64,000 nucleotides of DNA from Phallusia mammillata (Eukaryota): contig OZ281496.1 in NCBI GenBank assembly GCA_965637545.1, positions 3,782,001 to 3,846,000 on the forward strand. Direction: 5' to 3'. Every line of letters begins with the position of its first letter. The stretch's first letter is position 1. Below are positions 60,855 through 64,000 of this stretch, one piece after another. The position numbers and the translations under genes are program-made. The notes under the pieces are model-generated. The model worked only from the letters and a program-made list of their open reading frames with translations. It had not been told where the DNA came from and did not search any database.

Positions 60855-60913
60855 GAAGTAAGTCATTAAAAGAAGTAAAACCACGAAAACGGTTAAGAAT
60901 CACTGGCCTAAAG

Positions 60914-61121
60914 CAGGGAAGCTTTCTTGCTCTGCGACCCCATTTCAGAAAAGAAATTTCCACGCGACCCCTTGATAGGATAGCCTATACACGTGAATGA
61001 TGTTTTTCGCACGTATACCATTTATTGTGACAACGTCATAACAACGCATGATGTTTCGCGACCCCAAAATTATATTTCACGACCCCAATTTGGGTCGCGA
61101 CCCACAGTTTGAGAAGCCCTG
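60914..61121. mobile_element. Degenerate hAT (Charlie-like) MITE
   Basis: CAGGG... to ...TTTGAGAAGCCCTG with repeated GCGACCCC motifs. Left TIR and TSD are imperfect. Confidence 0.5.
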
Positions 61122-62109
61122 GTCAAAAAGATTGTTTGACAATGTATGAGAAAGCAGAAACTGCAGCCTTCATCGCACAGAACCTAAATCTACAATTGTA
61201 ACATTATCTCGCTATTTGACAGTAATTTAATGCCGCCAATGTCACTGTAGGCCGCGACCATTTGTGGATGCTAGGAGATTGGAGATTGGAGATTGGGCCA
61301 TTTAAAACAAATCATTTTGTACTCACAAGTCAATCAAGTCATATTACTTTTATAGGGACGTGGAGCGATGCTTAAATCCTCTCCCGGACATTTACACTCC
61401 AAGCATTCGATTATACCAGACAGCATTACAAGAAATATTAGTAGCATCGTTGCTGTGATACCTGAAAAATACTGCAGTTAGTACACTTTTCTTATAACAC
61501 TGCATGTTATATAGTTTTTATACACATCTTTATATAGTTGTCGGTTATATAGTCGTCGGTAAAAACAGACACTTATTCTAATAGTATTTCGGAGCAAAAA
61601 CTATCAAACTAGATCTTAAACTTAACAGCAATGCGTTACTACCATATAAAGTTGGCTGCAGACTGTAAGACCCTGCAAACTGTCTTACTTTAAGTAGCCA
61701 ATGTCATCCCACACAAAACGCTTTATACATTGTAAGCACAAGAACTGAATTGACGCACTGCACAAAAAGACAGAAAATGTTCGCACTACAACGCAGAAAG
61801 ACACCCGGACAATGACATGTTACACCCCAGCGCCTCGTGAAGCATTCTGGCCTCTCATGCCTGGGTTAAAGGAATGTCTATTTTCGTAACAATTGAGCGG
61901 GCCTTTTTTGTACTGCCCAGATCATCTAGCTAAACCATTTGTTGTCAATGTGAATCAAGTATGTTGTTAGGTTAATGCCACAAGAACTGATTAGACACAT
62001 ATTTAAAATAATTACCTAAAGCACTTTCATTGACCAAAGCGCCTAAGCAACTGAGTTACAAAGAATAGGTGGAGTGCTTCGATAAAGGAAATATTTATGA
62101 ATGCGTGAC

Positions 62110-63650
62110 GGTTTTACGACCCATGCAAGCAACGACTATTTACCTCGGTCCACTTCTACGACAGATTTACGAGTGATTACCAGTAATAGCAAAGTATGAA
62201 ATCAGCTTGTTGATAAGTTAGCACTGATAACAGCTATTTACAGGAAATAATAACCGTTGTGTACCAAGTTGCAATGACTTCGACAACAAGACTTTTTCTC
62301 GTTTGTACTCTTGCTTTGCAGTCGGATTTGTCGCCTTTGACTTCAACTTTTCCTAAAATGGAGACGGGGATGCGAACGTTTAATTTGATTTAAGTTTGTT
62401 AATGTTTCAGAGGCTACGTTTTGATTCGCCCTTCGAAGATAACGATTATTATCAATGAAAACACAATTGATCATTAGCAATCAACATGTAAATCGCTTGC
62501 TTAATTCGACTAAAAATACTAATGTATGTATAGTTAAAACCAACATTTGTTAAAGCCAAGGAGTTTCCAATCTTTTTAATGTATAGATTGTAAAAACACT
62601 AAAGTTTTGTAAAATAATGCATATTATTTGTGAAACTTTACGAAAATTTATAGAGTGTTTAATCCTAAACGTGCTAATGGCAGGGTTTTTTTGTGTTTAA
62701 CTGTCTACAACATTTTCGAGTTCACTAACCGTTTGTTCCCACAAGAATGACGTGCCAGTCAATCTAACGGTTGTCTCACATTGCTTCGGGTTGAAGCGAC
62801 CTAGTGTATCGCGTTAACGGGCGGGCCCACGGAATTAAGTGATGTTCGCTTATCATTTCCGTTTCGCTAACCTGAACAAATGAAACTTTACAAGTTGTTC
62901 CTAATGGAATTCCAAGTTGGTTAATGAAAATCGTTCAATTTTATCTGAGTTTGTTTATGTTTTCGATCTGTCGTTGTGGTTGTCCGTTCGAAGGCAAAAT
63001 ATTTTTTCAATGTTTTTGATTATACGGCAGCAGCTTCCCACTTAAATTACGGAGAATCCTTAAATCCAAAAAATCGCTATCAAGCTTTACTTTTACACTT
63101 AACGTTTAGTTTTTAGAAACAAAGTTTTACATCCGCGTGGACGATAACCAATAAAAAATTTCGTTTTCGAAACACATTTGTATGTCCCGCAAAGTTCGTT
63201 TTTCACCGTTAGGAAAATTCGTTACCACTTCAAAAAATCGTTTCCTGTCGTTGCATCGGTAAAGATATTATTTATTGATCGAGTTTGCTTGACTTTTTTA
63301 CGACGCATGCAAACAGCGACTATTTCAACAAATGTATGAGTGACTGCCACTTTTACGATTTGTTAACAAGTTTTTCGAGTTAGTTACTTTTGCGAATTTT
63401 ATGTGTCAACTTTTACGACAGATTTACGAGTAACTGCCAGTAATAGTAATGTACATTACTTTCCTGAAACCTATTTGAGGATCTAAAATTTAGCTTTGCG
63501 AAATCAGAGTGTTAAAAAGATTGCACTGACAACATAAATCGACAGCAAATAATAATAGTTGTGTATCAAGCTACTCCTTTGCACTCTTGCTTTGCAGTCG
63601 CTTTAATTTTGACTTTAACTCTTCTCAAATTGGGACGTGGATGCGTTCAA
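62110..63650. repeat. Diverged direct repeat (62110-62380 and ~63295-63650)
   Basis: Shared TACGACAGATTTACGAGT..(C/T)..CCAGTAATAG and ACTCTTGCTTTGCAGTCG. Confidence 0.7.
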
Positions 63651-64000
63651 TTTCATCTCAGTTGCTCATGTTTTGGATTCAATAAGGCATATTCACAGTC
63701 GGCTGCTTTTATCGCATTTACGGCCGTGCTCTCGAACATAAGCACAAAGTCTGTGTAGCGATTACGTCATAATTTGTACAAACTTTGCAATAGTTGTTTA
63801 CCAAATTAGCTCGTTTTACTTGCTAAAATGCTCGAGTTGATAATATTCCCTGTTACAGTTAAATTAGGCGGTTGATTGACTTTGCTATCTGGTGTTTACT
63901 CGCTTTAATCGTATGTTTTGTCTCATGCGGTGAATTAGTCGCTGTTTTGTGTGTGAGAAAATGTGCAAGAGCCAACGGCAAGAGCATAGTTGTACAGTTT

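Noticed and set aside
1-64000. Prokaryotic-style reading of the ORF track (operons, CRISPR, single-exon genes)
   Set aside because: Coding similarity stops exactly at GT/AG boundaries. There are no long ORFs and no repeat-spacer array. Most listed ORFs are intron read-throughs or antisense shadows of exons.

Overview
AT-rich, intron-rich eukaryotic (animal) genomic DNA with short GT-AG introns. It is probably a marine invertebrate such as an ascidian; this is inference from composition and SINE type only. The supplied ORF track mostly shows exon read-throughs and antisense shadows, so I rebuilt genes by hand from splice sites and exon phases. (1) A tandem family of 13-exon genes on + encodes signal peptide-CUB-CUB-ZP-furin site-TM proteins (CUZD1-like architecture). 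Two copies are intact (6901-13272, 575 aa; 23140-29639, 584 aa). One copy is disabled only in its ZP-C exons (33553-40885). There is also an orphan TM exon (4625) and a dead exon-2 remnant (~32.1 kb). (2) An unrecognised family of minus-strand micro-exon genes is present in four full or partial copies (<1-1.4 kb, 15.8-19.0 kb, 41.9-47.4 kb, 58.8-60.6 kb). Three of them end in an xRIAFDHFDP exon. One has a run of symmetric phase-0 exons of 33-42 nt encoding P/Q-rich repeats. (3) A ~14-15 kb segmental duplication (4.6-18.5 kb vs 29.5-44.6 kb) copies a CUB-ZP gene and a micro-exon gene together, tail to tail. (4) A plus-strand micro-exon gene (49.0-57.8 kb) may encode an MGxC-lipidated disordered protein. 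(5) Several hAT-type MITEs with 8-bp TSDs (one nested, several with empty sites in the paralogous block), tRNA-derived SINEs, local repeats and a 200-N assembly gap are also present. All alignments and counts were done by eye; no database searches were run.
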